Assembly: GCF_009914755.1 (NCBI RefSeq)
Contig: NC_060927.1
Source: the human T2T-CHM13v2.0 reference genome, Homo sapiens
Direction: 5' to 3' (one strand)
Length of the DNA stretch: 64,000 nt
This document shows positions 14,762 to 31,957 of this stretch, piece after piece (position 1 is the first letter of the stretch; each line of letters opens with the position of its first letter). The translations under genes were made by a program, and so were the position numbers. The notes under the pieces are model-generated. The model was given only the letters and a program-made list of their open reading frames with translations, was not told where the DNA came from and did no database searches.

Positions 14762-15401
14762 GTAGTCTTATTTAGGCTCACACTGACCAACTCTTCTGCC
14801 TTTCCACTGCTTGTTTGTTACCTGCATAGTGTCTCTAGAAGGAAAAAAAATGCCTTCCTATTGGAGTCCATATTTTCATAATGTTTAAGTCTCATTATTC
14901 TCTCTTACTCAAGCTGAGAATTTAATTAGTCTTTTATGTTCGAAAGTTTGGTAACCATGACCCTAATGGTTCTTTTTAAATTCTGAGAGGTCTCGTTTCT
15001 TTTTGCAGTGGTACTAGTATCTTACTTTGTGATCTTAAGCAATTGTGCTTCCTGGGAATCAGTTTTGTGTTTTAGTAGCAGAGACATTTTACAGAAGAAT
15101 TCAATTTGGAAGCCTAATTTATAAAGTAAATTAGGGAGGGATTGTTCTGATTGAAGTGTTAAGGGAGTGGAGATCTCACTGACTTGCTCTTCACCTGGTC
15201 ATCAGTGGCAACCTATGAGGTGGGCTTTGGGGAAAATAGTTCAAAAACATTGAATCAGAGGATCTGTAAGCTTTCTTGCAAATATAACACATCAGCATTC
15301 TATTCCATGTCATTATTCTATGAATATACATAGTGCATGGCTATATTCCCTATAGCCCTCAGGTCCTGCTATGGATAGCTCTGCCCAGATTGGTAGATAT
15401 T

Positions 15402-15945
15402 TGTGGCAGGTAGAATAGACTTACTTACTGAACATCTTTTCCCGCCTTTCTGATGTGCATTCCTGGATTGCTGAAACTGGAGAGTAAAACATATTTCCAA
15501 GATTCCTTTGCAGTTAGGGTTCTGGGAATGACTTAGAGTCTGCCAATCAGATATATTTTCTCAAGAATTAAATGGCAACTGATTGAAGTGGGGAGAAAGG
15601 TTATAGTGCATGACGCATTCTTTCATTGGCCAGTGCAATCTAGCAGGTGCAGATTGGCTATGGAAGCAACACCCGTGGTGATGACTTCCTGCATCACCAG
15701 CTTCTTGATAAGGCAGAGGCAACTGTTCTTCCAGAAGACCAGTACTGCAGTGTTGTTGAGCCTAGCATAATGTGGGGGAGGACAGACACAGATATTACAC
15801 ATCTCACCTTCCATGCCCTTCTTTGGGCTCATTTCTTCAGCCTCCCAATGATTTTGTAAGTGTCTAGTTCTCTGTACTAAATCCCTTATGCATGAAATAG
15901 CTAGAGTGATTTCTTTTATCGCTTATTAAATCTTACCTGATGCAG
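15402..15945 (+). mobile_element. Old ERVL LTR (LTR33-like)
   Basis: GATTCCTTTGCAGTTAGGGTTCTGG..TCTGCCAATCAGA; CCTCCCAATGATTTTGTAAG..TAAATCCCTT..CTAGAGTG end motifs. Confidence 0.6.
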
Positions 15946-16000
15946 TGCTGATTGGTCTTTATTAACTTCATTTCTTCTTTGACATTCTCGGTGTCTACAG

Positions 16001-16396
16001 AGGAGCTGCGGGCCCACCCATTCACTGATGTTACCCTCTCCTGTCATTTCTCCTTTGTGAAGGGCACTGAAAATCTTGAGTTTTCTTGGGAAAGAGAAGA
16101 CATCAAACAGGCATATGAGGTAGAGGATAATAAAGAATATTACCTCCTTTTCAAGTACCTTGATTTTTTTGAAGTTTTCTCGAAGTTGGTTTACCAGTTT
16201 CACAATAACACAGAGCAACTAGAAGATCAAAATTCCTTGTATGAGGGAAGAGTATCTGTGGACCAGGCTGAAATTTCTGAGGGGACTCTATCACTTTTAC
16301 TAAGAAATGTGGATTTCATGGATGAAGCTATCTACAAGTGCTCAGCCATCACACCAGATGGAAGAGGTGAAAGTACAATTAAGCTAATAGTAGAAG
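16001..16396 (+). pseudogene. BTNL12P: IgV exon of a B7/butyrophilin-like gene, open frame (probably the BTNL12P locus)
   Basis: Acceptor TCTACAG|, donor G|GTAAGG, 396 nt, phase 1-1; DVTLSC, FSW, YEGRVSV, SLLLRNV, DEAIYKC V-set motifs. Symbol is from recall of the locus, not verified. Confidence 0.85.
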
Positions 16397-17341
16397 GTAA
16401 GGGAATTTATTGAATGAACTTGATTTCAAGCTCTGTCTCTATTCATAAGTTATAACAGTGACAACTTATCTAGTTCTCTCACTTTTCCCCTTTTACTCAA
16501 ATTATTATCAGTTCTTCTTATTCCCAACACGTCAATTCGTCTTAGCTAAAAATATTGCCCTGAGCGAAAGATGCTGTATCTATACCTGTATACATCATTC
16601 ATTCACACAGACAAACAAAACATTAACAACAACAACAACAACAAGCACTGGTCTATCAAAAACTCTCCAAACAAGTTGTAACACTGAAAAATCAAAATAT
16701 GATATAACAGTCTTACATGAAAACGCTGAGATATGACATATGGTTTAGTGAGAAGAGCCCCGCATTGGGAGTCAGGAGGCCCATATTCTAATTTTGGATG
16801 ACTTTGGGTAACTCATTTAGCTTTTCTAGGCTTCACTTTTCTCACTATTAAAATGTAGGTTGGACTGGATCAGTGGATCTCCGTAGTGATCCAGGGATCC
16901 TTACCCTTCACAGGATTGCATGAAGAGCTTTTCCCCCATCAGAGACTTTCAGGGACTGGGGAAGGCATGGCAGAATTCCTCCAGGATAAGAGTTGGAAGA
17001 CATGAGAGGGTGGTGGTTGTGAGAATAATTCGTTATCTTCTGTGGTTCTCAGCAGGGTATCTGGAGTTCAGTGGTGAATCTGGAATGAATCCACTCAAAG
17101 AGGGGAAGATTCCAAAAGATAAAGGCAGCAGTGATAGATGAGAACTGAAAGGCAGGAGCATACATGTATCCTGTTCTTCTCTTACTATGCTTGGATCAAA
17201 ATTTTAACTACAGTGAATCTCAAGATATATTGCCTACATAACGGGTTAATGTAAAAAGCGAGAGCATGTATTCTGCTAGCCTGAGCCTCTTGGGGCTGAA
17301 ATAAAAAAGGAACTAATTGTTTTGTTATTTTTTCCAATCAG

Positions 17342-17626
17342 ACTCTGAAATGCCCCAGGTGCAATTTGACAGGATTGATGATGAGGATGTGGCCACATGC
17401 ATCTCAAAGGACTAGTACCTCACGCCCATTGTGACATGGCTGGACCGGACAGAGAGGGACCTGAGCAACCACAGCATCGTGGAAATCCTGGAGGAGCAGA
17501 TGAATGGCTTCTACAGGGTGTTCTCCATCCTGAAATACCCTGTCAAGTTAAATGAGAAATATCTCTGCCACATAACAGAGACAGATGTGAACAACCAGCT
17601 CTTCAGAATCATCCACAAGTATCCAA
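17342..17626 (+). pseudogene. BTNL12P: IgC exon of the B7/butyrophilin-like gene with in-frame TAG at 17413-17415
   Basis: Acceptor TTTTTTCCAATCAG|, donor A|GTAAGT, 285 nt, phase 1-1; ATCISKD*YLTPIVTW..NGFYRVFSIL..YLCHI matches the C-x-S-x-GWYP-x-P-x-V-x-W..G-x-(Y/F)-x-V-x-S-x-L..Y-x-C motif. Confidence 0.85.
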
Positions 17627-19489
17627 GTAAGTGCAAATCCGAAAGGAACAGTGAAAGTGGGGTGCATTTCACCACAGAAAAGTCATCATTCATTAATATT
17701 TACTGAATGTCAAATATATCAGGCATGCCTTCGCACTTTGGGGATTTAAAGAAGCATCAGGAACATACGCTTGGAGCCTTGGGCAAGATAAGGTGGTGAA
17801 GTGGAGTCTCTCTGGGCTTGAAAAAAGAACATGCTTCAGAGACTGACAGCTTTCTCCTGATAGATGTGGCTCTTACTATTGATGAGGTTTCTTTTCCTCT
17901 GCACAGAACATCAGCTTTATGACGTGGCAGGCTGAGTAGTCATAGTGGCCATTTATTAGCCTCTCACCATGTGCCTGGCACTTTACATATGTCACTTTAA
18001 TCTTTACCTCTATTTTAATTGTTATTACTGTCCCTCTTCTATATGAGAAAACCAACAAGTTAAATAATTTGACTAAGGACATAGCTAACAAGCACAAGAC
18101 TCAGGATTCAAACCCATTCTTTCTGAATCTAAAGTTCATGCACTTCATTTTTCTTATGCATATACCACACTGCACTTACAGATCTAAGACTATAGACTGC
18201 ATGAATAGATCTAAGTCATATATGTTTGGAGAAGGGGATTCCCTGTGTAATAAGCAAGGAGGCAAGAAATAGAGTCACTGCTCCCACTCAAATTCTGAGC
18301 AGTCTTTAAGTTGCCGTATCAAAGGCTGTCTACATTCTGGGGAATCTTAATTGAGTCCTCCAGAGAAATTTTGATGGATACTTTTTTGTGTAGCTATTCT
18401 ATTACTTCTAAACTGTCTAAACTTTTTCAAGTTAGGAATTTGAAAAAAAAAAGCATGTTAGAAAAAGAACAGGTATTTACTGAACACATACCATATGCTA
18501 GGGTGGACCCAGGTACTTTTGCATAAGGTATTTAACCCCACAATGACCTCTGAGTTAGATACTAACATTACAGTATTTAGCAGAGGAGGAAACCAAGGCT
18601 GAGAGAAGGTTAAGTATTTACCAAAGGCTACACAGCTGACAGTCTTACAACCCAGGACTTGAACTTGGGTCTAATTATTAACAAAGGCCTGGGCACATTC
18701 CACTATGTGGTTGACTCGTGGGCCTTAAGTTCCTTGTGTCAAAGTATCTGTAGCCTCAGGCTGAGGTCATTGATTTATTCTGCCACCTGTGACCTCACCT
18801 GCCTCTCCATCAAGAAGGAAGGGATGGTGATGAATACACTTGCACGGTGAGCTAATTCCTTCTACTTTCCTGTATCCCTGACTTAGAGATCTTATTAAGA
18901 CTTCTTTGGAGGGTTAGCTCTGGCAGGGACTTTGGCCATCATCTACCAATCACAGCATATAGGGGTGACTAAACAGAAGTCCAGAGAGGTGAGATAATTG
19001 TCCAAGGTAATACACACTCTATACAAGAAGTATTAATGGAGTCTGACTTCATGCAAAGGTTGGGCAGTTACCTTTCAGGTCTAGTCTGTAGGGGCCTGGC
19101 AATTAATCAAAGCATTCAAAACACTATTGCAATCCTGGATCTCCCAGTAACTAGCCGTAAATATTTACAACCGTTAAGAGTATTTATTTAAATTTTTAAT
19201 GACTTGGGAAAATACCCGCACTATCATGTTAAAATTTTAAAAAGCAAAATAGTAGCTTGTATGTGTAGCATGAGCCCCAGTTGTTTAACTATATGGAGAT
19301 TTAAAAGATAGGATGTATTATTATTATTATTATCATAATATGAACAGTAATTACTGGTAACCTCTGAATGATAGGATTGTAGGCATTTTTTGTTTTCTCT
19401 TTTGTACTTGTGTTTTATGCAACATTCTATAATGAACATATATTATTTTTAGTCCAAAAAAGCTATATTTTTTAAATCTTTAAAAAATA

Positions 19490-22137
19490 TCTTTATGAAA
19501 AATGGTTTACATGCCATAAAATTCACCCATTTGAAGTGTACAATTTAATTGTTTTAGTATATTCACAAAATTGTGAAATCATCACCACTCTTATCATTTA
19601 GAACATTTTAATTACCCTAAAAATAAACCTCATGCTCATTCACAGTCACTCTCCATTCCCTTCACCATATCCCCCAGTCCTAGGCAACCACTAACCTACT
19701 TTCTAGCTATATAGATTTGCCTATTTTAGATCTTTCATATAACTGAAATTATACAATATGTGGTCTTTTTAAACTGGCTTCTTTTACTTGGCATAATGTT
19801 TTAAAGGTTCATCCATGTTGTAGCATATGTCAGCACTTCATTTCTTTTTATTTCTGGATAATAGTTTATTCCATTATATGGATATTACCACATTTTATTT
19901 ATCCATTCATCAGTTGATGAAGATTTGGGTTGATTTCACTTTTTGTCTCTGATGAATGATGTTGCTGTGAACATTCACATATATGTTTTTATGTGGAAAT
20001 TTATGTTAAATTTCATTTATCTTGGGTATATACCTATGAGTGGAATTGCTGGGTCATATGGTAATTATTTTTTAACCCTTTGAGGAACTGCCAGACTATT
20101 TTCCAAAGCAGCTGCACAATTTTACATTCCTACCAGCAATGTATGAGGTTACTGATTTGTCAACATCCTTGCCAGCACTCATGATCTTTTTTATTCTAGT
20201 CATTCTAGTAGATGTGAGTGACATTTGTGGTTTTGATTTGCATCTCTCTGGTGGCTAATCTTGGGCATCTTTCAATATGCTTACTGGTTATTTGTACATC
20301 TTCTTTGGAGAAATGTCTATTCAAATTCTTTCTCCATTAAAAATGGGTTATTTATCTTTTTATTATTGAGTTGTAAGAGTTGATATATTTTGAATACCAA
20401 TTCCTTATCAAATATTTGACTTGCAGAAATTTTCTCCCCTTCTGAGTTGTCTTTTCACTTCTTGATGATGTCATTTGAAGCAGTAAATTTTCTGATTTTG
20501 ATGAAGTACAATTTATCTTTTTTTTTGTCACTTGTGCTTTTGGTGTTATATCTAAAAAATTATTGCCTAATCTAAGTCACAAAGATTTACTCATATGTTT
20601 TCTTCTAAGAGTTTTATAATGTTAGCTCCTACCTCCAGGCTTATGATTCCTTTAAATTAATTTTTGTTTTTGGCATGAGATAGGTGTCCAACATCCCAGG
20701 ACCATTTATTCAAAAGGCTATTCTTTCCCCCATGGAATTGTCTTGATGGCCTTATTGAAAATCAAGTTACTATAAATGTAAAGGTTTATTTCTGGGCTTT
20801 CAATTATATTCCATTGATCTATGTGTCTGTACTTATGCCAGTACCACACTGTCTTGACTACTATAGCTTTTTAGTAAGTTTTGTCACAGAGGAGTGTGTT
20901 CTTTTAACATTGTTCTTCTTTTTGAAGATAGCTTTGATTATTCCTATTTCAGCATTTTCATATGAATTTTAGGATGAACTTGTCAATTTCTGCCAAACAG
21001 GCACCTGGGGTTTCAATAAGGAATGTATGGAATCTATAGATTCATTTTGGGAGTATTGGCATTTTAATGATACTAAGTCTTCTATCTATGAACACAGATG
21101 TCTTTCCATTTGTTTAGGTCTTTTTAAATTATCTTCAATGATGTTTGGCAGTTTTCCATGTATAAGTCTTACAATTCTTTTGTTAAATTTATTCCTAAGT
21201 ATTTTATTCTTTTTCATGCTTTGGAAATGTAATTGTTTTCTTAATTTCATTTTAGAATGCTTATTGCTAATAGAAAGAAATAACAGTAGATTTTTGTGGA
21301 TTCCTTAGTATTTTCTATATAGAAGACCACGTTATCTATGAATAGAAATAGTTTTACTTCTTCCTTTCCAATCTTGATTACTTGTATTTAATTTTCTTTC
21401 TAATTGCCCGGGCTAGAACCTCCAGTACAATGCTGAATAGAAAAACTAAGAGTAGATCTCTGGGAGAAAGCATTCAATCTTTCATCATCAGCTATGATGT
21501 TAGCTGTAGGTTGTTATTACTGTAAATGAACAATATCAGGTTGAGAAAGTTCTCTTCCGTTGCTTGTTTTCTGAGTGTTTTTATCATGAATAAATTTAGG
21601 ATTTTGCCAAATGTATTTTCTGCATCTGTTGAGATGATCATGTGGGCTTTGTCCTTTATTCTATTAATATGATATATTGCACTAATTAATTTTTGTATAT
21701 TGAGCCAACTTTGTATTCCTGGGATAAACCCTACTTGGTCATGGTATGTAAGTCTTTTTCTATGTTGGTAGATTCAGTTTGGTGGTATTTTGTTGAGGCT
21801 TTTTGCATCTGTATTCATTTGTAAGAGATATTGGTCTGTAGTTTTCTTGTGATGTCTTGGTCTGGTTTTGTTATGAGGATAATATTGGCCTCATAGGATA
21901 AGTTGAAATGTGTCCCTTATCTTCTGTTTTTTTGGAAAAGGTTGTGCAGGATTGGTGTTAATTTTTCTTTTAATTCTTTAACTTTTGGTTTTGTTTATTT
22001 TCCCTATTTTTCTATTCTCTATTTCATTTACTTCCATTCTAGCCTTTGTTATTTCCTTCCTTCTACTTGCCTTGGGTTTAGTTTTAATTTCTTTTTCTAG
22101 TAATTTCATTTAAAAGATTAGGTTATTGCTTTGAGAT
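19490..22137 (-). mobile_element. Old L1 (L1M-type) fragment, host of the young L1; resumes at about 28205-28620
   Basis: Degenerate reverse L1 3'UTR/ORF2 sequence (AATTGCTGGGTCATATGGTAA, GGAGAAATGTCTATTCAAA) with no long ORF. Confidence 0.8.
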
Positions 22138-22372
22138 CTTTCTTTTTTTTTAACGTGTTTTTGTTTATTATACTTTTAAGTTTTAGGGTACATGTGCACA
22201 TTGTGCAGGTTAGTTACATATGTATACATGTGCCTTGCTGGTGCGCTGCACCCACTAAATCGTCATCTAGCATTAGGTATATCTCCCAATGCTATCCCTC
22301 CCCCCTCCCCCCACCCCACCACAGTCCCCAGAGTGTGATATTCCCCTTCCTGTGTCCATGTGATCTCTTTGT

Positions 22373-26199
<3,827 letters not shown>

Positions 26200-26266
26200 T
26201 ATGATGTTTGTTAGCTGGTTATTTTGCTCGTTAGTTGATGCAGTTTCTTCCTAGTCTCGATGGTCT

Positions 26267-27283
26267 TTACATTTTGGCTTGATTTTGCAGCGGCTGGTAC
26301 CGGTTGTTCCTTTCCATGTTTAGCGCTTCCTTCAGGAGCTCTTTTAGGGCAGGCCTGGTGGTGACAAAATCTCTCAGCATTTGCTTGTCTGTAAAGGATT
26401 TTATTTCTCCTTCACTTATGAAGCTTAGTTTGGCTGGATATGAAATTCTGGGTTGAAAATTCTTTTCTTTAAGAATGTTGAATATTGGCCCCCACTCTCT
26501 TCTGGCTTGTAGGGTTTCTGCCGAGAGATCCGCTGTTAGTCTGATGGGCTTCCCTTTGAGGGTAACCCGACCATTCTCTCTGGCTATCCTTAACATTTTT
26601 TCCTTCATTTCAACTTTGGTGAATCTGACAATTATGTGTCTTGGAGTTGCTCTTCTCGAGGAGTATCTTTGTGGCGTTCTCTGTATTTCCTGAATCTGAA
26701 CGTTGGCCTGCCTTGCTAGATTGGGGAAGTTCTCCTGGATAATATCCTGCAGAGTGTTTTCCAACTTGGTTCCATTCTCCCCATCACTTTCAGGTACACC
26801 AATCAGACGTAGATTTGGTCTTTTCACATAGTCCCATATTTCTTGGAGGCTTTGCTCATTTCTTTTTATTCTTTTTTCTCTAAACTTCCCTTCTCACTTC
26901 ATTTCATTCATTTCATCTTCCATCGCTGATACCCTTTCTTCCAGTTGATCGCATCGGCTCCTGAGGCTTCTGCATTCTTCACGTAGTTCTCGAGCCTTGG
27001 TTTTCAGTTCCATCAGCTCCTTTAAGCACTTCTCTGTATTGGTTATTCTAGTTATACATTCTTCTAAATTTTTTTCAAAGTTTTCAACTTCTTTGCCTTT
27101 GGTTTGAATGTCCTCCCGTAGCTCAGAGTAATTTGATCGTCTGAAGCCTTCTTCTCTCAGCTCGTCAAAGTCATTCTCCATCCAGCTTTGTTCCGTTGCT
27201 GGTGAGGAACTGCGTTCCTTTGGAGGAGGAGAGGCGCTCTGCGTTTTAGAGTTTCCAGTTTTTCTGTTCTGTTTTTTCCCCAT
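26267..27283 (-). pseudogene. L1 ORF1 with CGA>TGA nonsense at 26894-26896
   Basis: MGKKQNRK.. 129 aa, stop, then same-frame continuation; total span 1017 nt as for intact ORF1. Confidence 0.93.
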
Positions 27284-27737
27284 CTTTGTGGTTTTATCTA
27301 CTTTTGGTCTTTGATGATGGTGATGTACAGATGGGTTTTTGGCATGGATGTCCTTTCTGTTTGTTAGTTTTCCTTCTAACAGACAGGACCCTCAGCTGCA
27401 GGTCTGTTGGAATACCCTGCCGTGTGAGGTGTCAGTGTGCCCCTGCTAGGGGTGCCTCCCAGTTAGGCTGCTCGGGGATCAGGGGTCAGGGACCCACTTG
27501 AGGAGGCAGTCTGCCGGTTCTCAGATCTCCAGCTGCGTGCTGGTAGAACCACTGCTCTCTTCAAAGCTATCAGACAGGGACATTTAAGTCTGCAGAGGTT
27601 ACTGCTGTCTTTTTGTTTGTCTGTGCCCTGCCCCCAGAGGTGGAGCCTACAGAGGCAGGCAGGCCTCCTTCAGCTGTGGTGGGCTCCACCCAGTTCGAGC
27701 TTCCAGGCTGCTTTGTTTACCTAAGCAAGCCTGGGCA

Positions 27738-27920
27738 ATGGCGGGCGCCCCTCCCCCAGCCTTGCTGCCGCCTTGCAGTTTGATCTCAGACTGCTGTGCT
27801 AGCAATCAGCGAGACTCTGTGGGCGTAGGACCCTCTGAGCCAGGTGCGGGATATAATCTCGTGGTGCACCGTTTTTTAAGCCGGTCCGAAAAGCGCAGTA
27901 TTCGGGTGGGAGTGACCTGA
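27738..27920 (+). CDS. L1 antisense ORF0, truncated to 60 aa
   Basis: MAGAPPPALLPPCSLISDCCASNQRDSVGVGPSEPG.. matches primate L1 ORF0; early TGA at 27918-27920. Confidence 0.7.
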   Translation: MAGAPPPALLPPCSLISDCCASNQRDSVGVGPSEPGAGYNLVVHRFLSRSEKRSIRVGVT

Positions 27921-28629
27921 TTTTCCAGGTGCGCCCGTCACCCCTTTCTTTGACTCAGGAAGGGAACTCCCTGACCCCTTGCACTTCCCAAGTGAGGCAA
28001 TGCCTCGCCCTGCTTCGGCTCGCGCACGGTGCACGCACCCACTGACCTGCGCCCACTGTCTGGCACTCCCTAGTGAGATGAACCCGGTACCTCAGATGGA
28101 AATGCAGAAATCACCCGTCTTCTGCGTCGCTCACGCTGGGAGCTGTAGACCAGAGCTGTTCCTATTCGGCCATCTTGGCTCCTCCCACCTTTCTTTTTTT
28201 TTAATATAGGCATTTCCAGCTGTAAATTTCCCCCTGAGCACTAATTTAGTGGTATCCATAAATTTTAGTATGTTGGTATGTTGTGTTTTCATTTTCAATC
28301 ATTGCAAAATATTTTCTAATTTCTTTTGAGATTTCTTCTTTGACTCATTGGTTACTTAGGAGTGTATTATTTAATTTCCACATATTTGTGTATTTCCTAA
28401 ATTTCATTCTGTTATTAATTTCAAATTTCATCTCATTATAATATGTTTTGAAAATTGGAAGTGTGAATTCTTCATCTTTGTTATTTCTCAAAAATTTTCT
28501 GAATATTCTATATCTTTTGCATTTTCATATGAATTTTATGGTCAGGTTTTTCAACTTCTGGTCAAAAGCAAGCTGGGATTTTAACAGGTATCATGTGGAA
28601 TTGCAGAACAATTTAGATAGTACTTTCAT

Positions 28630-29047
28630 TGGGTTAGTCTGTTTTACATTGTTATAAAGGAATACCTGAGGCTGGATAATTTATAAAGAAAAGAGGTTTA
28701 TTTGGCTTAAGGTTTTGCAGACTGTACAAGCATGGCACCAGCATTTGCTCAGCTTCTGGTGAGGCCTCAGGAAGCTTTTATTTGTGGCAGAAGGCAAAGG
28801 GGGAGCAGGCATGTCACATGGTGAGAGAAGGAGCAAGAGAGAAAGGGAGGGTTGCCATGCTCTTTTAAACAACAAGCTCTCACATTAATGAATAGAGCAA
28901 GAACTCATTCATGATAGCCATGAGGGCACCAAGCCATTCATGAAACATCTGCCTCCATGATCCAACACCTTCCATTAGGCCCCACTTTCAACATTGGGGG
29001 TCACATTTCAACATGAAATTTGGAGAGGACAAACATCCAAACTATAT
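28630..29047 (-). mobile_element. MST-type MaLR solo LTR
   Basis: ATAAAGGAATACCTGAGGCTGGATAATTTATAAAGAAAAGAGG..ACAAACATCCAAACTATA. Confidence 0.85.
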
Positions 29048-29149
29048 TAGTCATCCTAACAATATTAAGTCTTTTGACCTATGAACATGTGATATCTTTC
29101 TATTTATTTGGTAGGTTGTGTCTTAACTCTGTCTCTGTCACATTTCCAT

Positions 29150-31080
<1,931 letters not shown>

Positions 31081-31604
31081 CTAACACCGAGGACAGTTTG
31101 CTTCAAAGAGGGGCAGCACAGAAATGTGTATTAACTGGAGAAGTTATAGTGTGTCATTTTTCATTTTCTTTTAGATGGGATAAATAGTATGATAATGGAC
31201 AGACGGAGAGGGTAAACTTGATGCTACACAAGAAGGGGAAGAATTGCTGAGCAATGACTTTCAGGAGGCAGAAGGATAGGGTCTAATGCACAAGTACAAG
31301 GTTTGCCTTAGGTAAGATTATGTACAAGGAGGTAAGATAAAGTATATGGGCATAGATGCAGAAAGGTGGAGACTGTGGTAGGGAAAGCTTCTGGAAATTC
31401 TCTTCTGATTGCTTCTAATTTTCTTAGTGAAACCAGAGGCAATTCATCAGCTGAGTGTGAGGCTGGGGATGGCAGTATTAAGGAAAAAGAATGAAAACAG
31501 TCATCTAGGAGAGTAGGAGATGCTAACTAAAGAAATATACCAGGCATCCCGGGTAGTGCTAAAGGCACTTTTGAGGTTCAAAGTCATGAATTTTAAGTGA
31601 GAAA

Positions 31605-31957
<353 letters not shown>

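Noticed and set aside
15952-16000. ORF-track N-terminus MVFINFISSLTFSVST as a signal peptide
   Set aside because: Starts at TTG and is the translated polypyrimidine tract of the IgV acceptor
17413-17415. Rescue of the stop by read-through or A-to-I editing (UAG>UGG)
   Set aside because: No CUAG-type read-through context, no complementary sequence seen, and neighbouring motif residues (G>D, P>L) also look decayed
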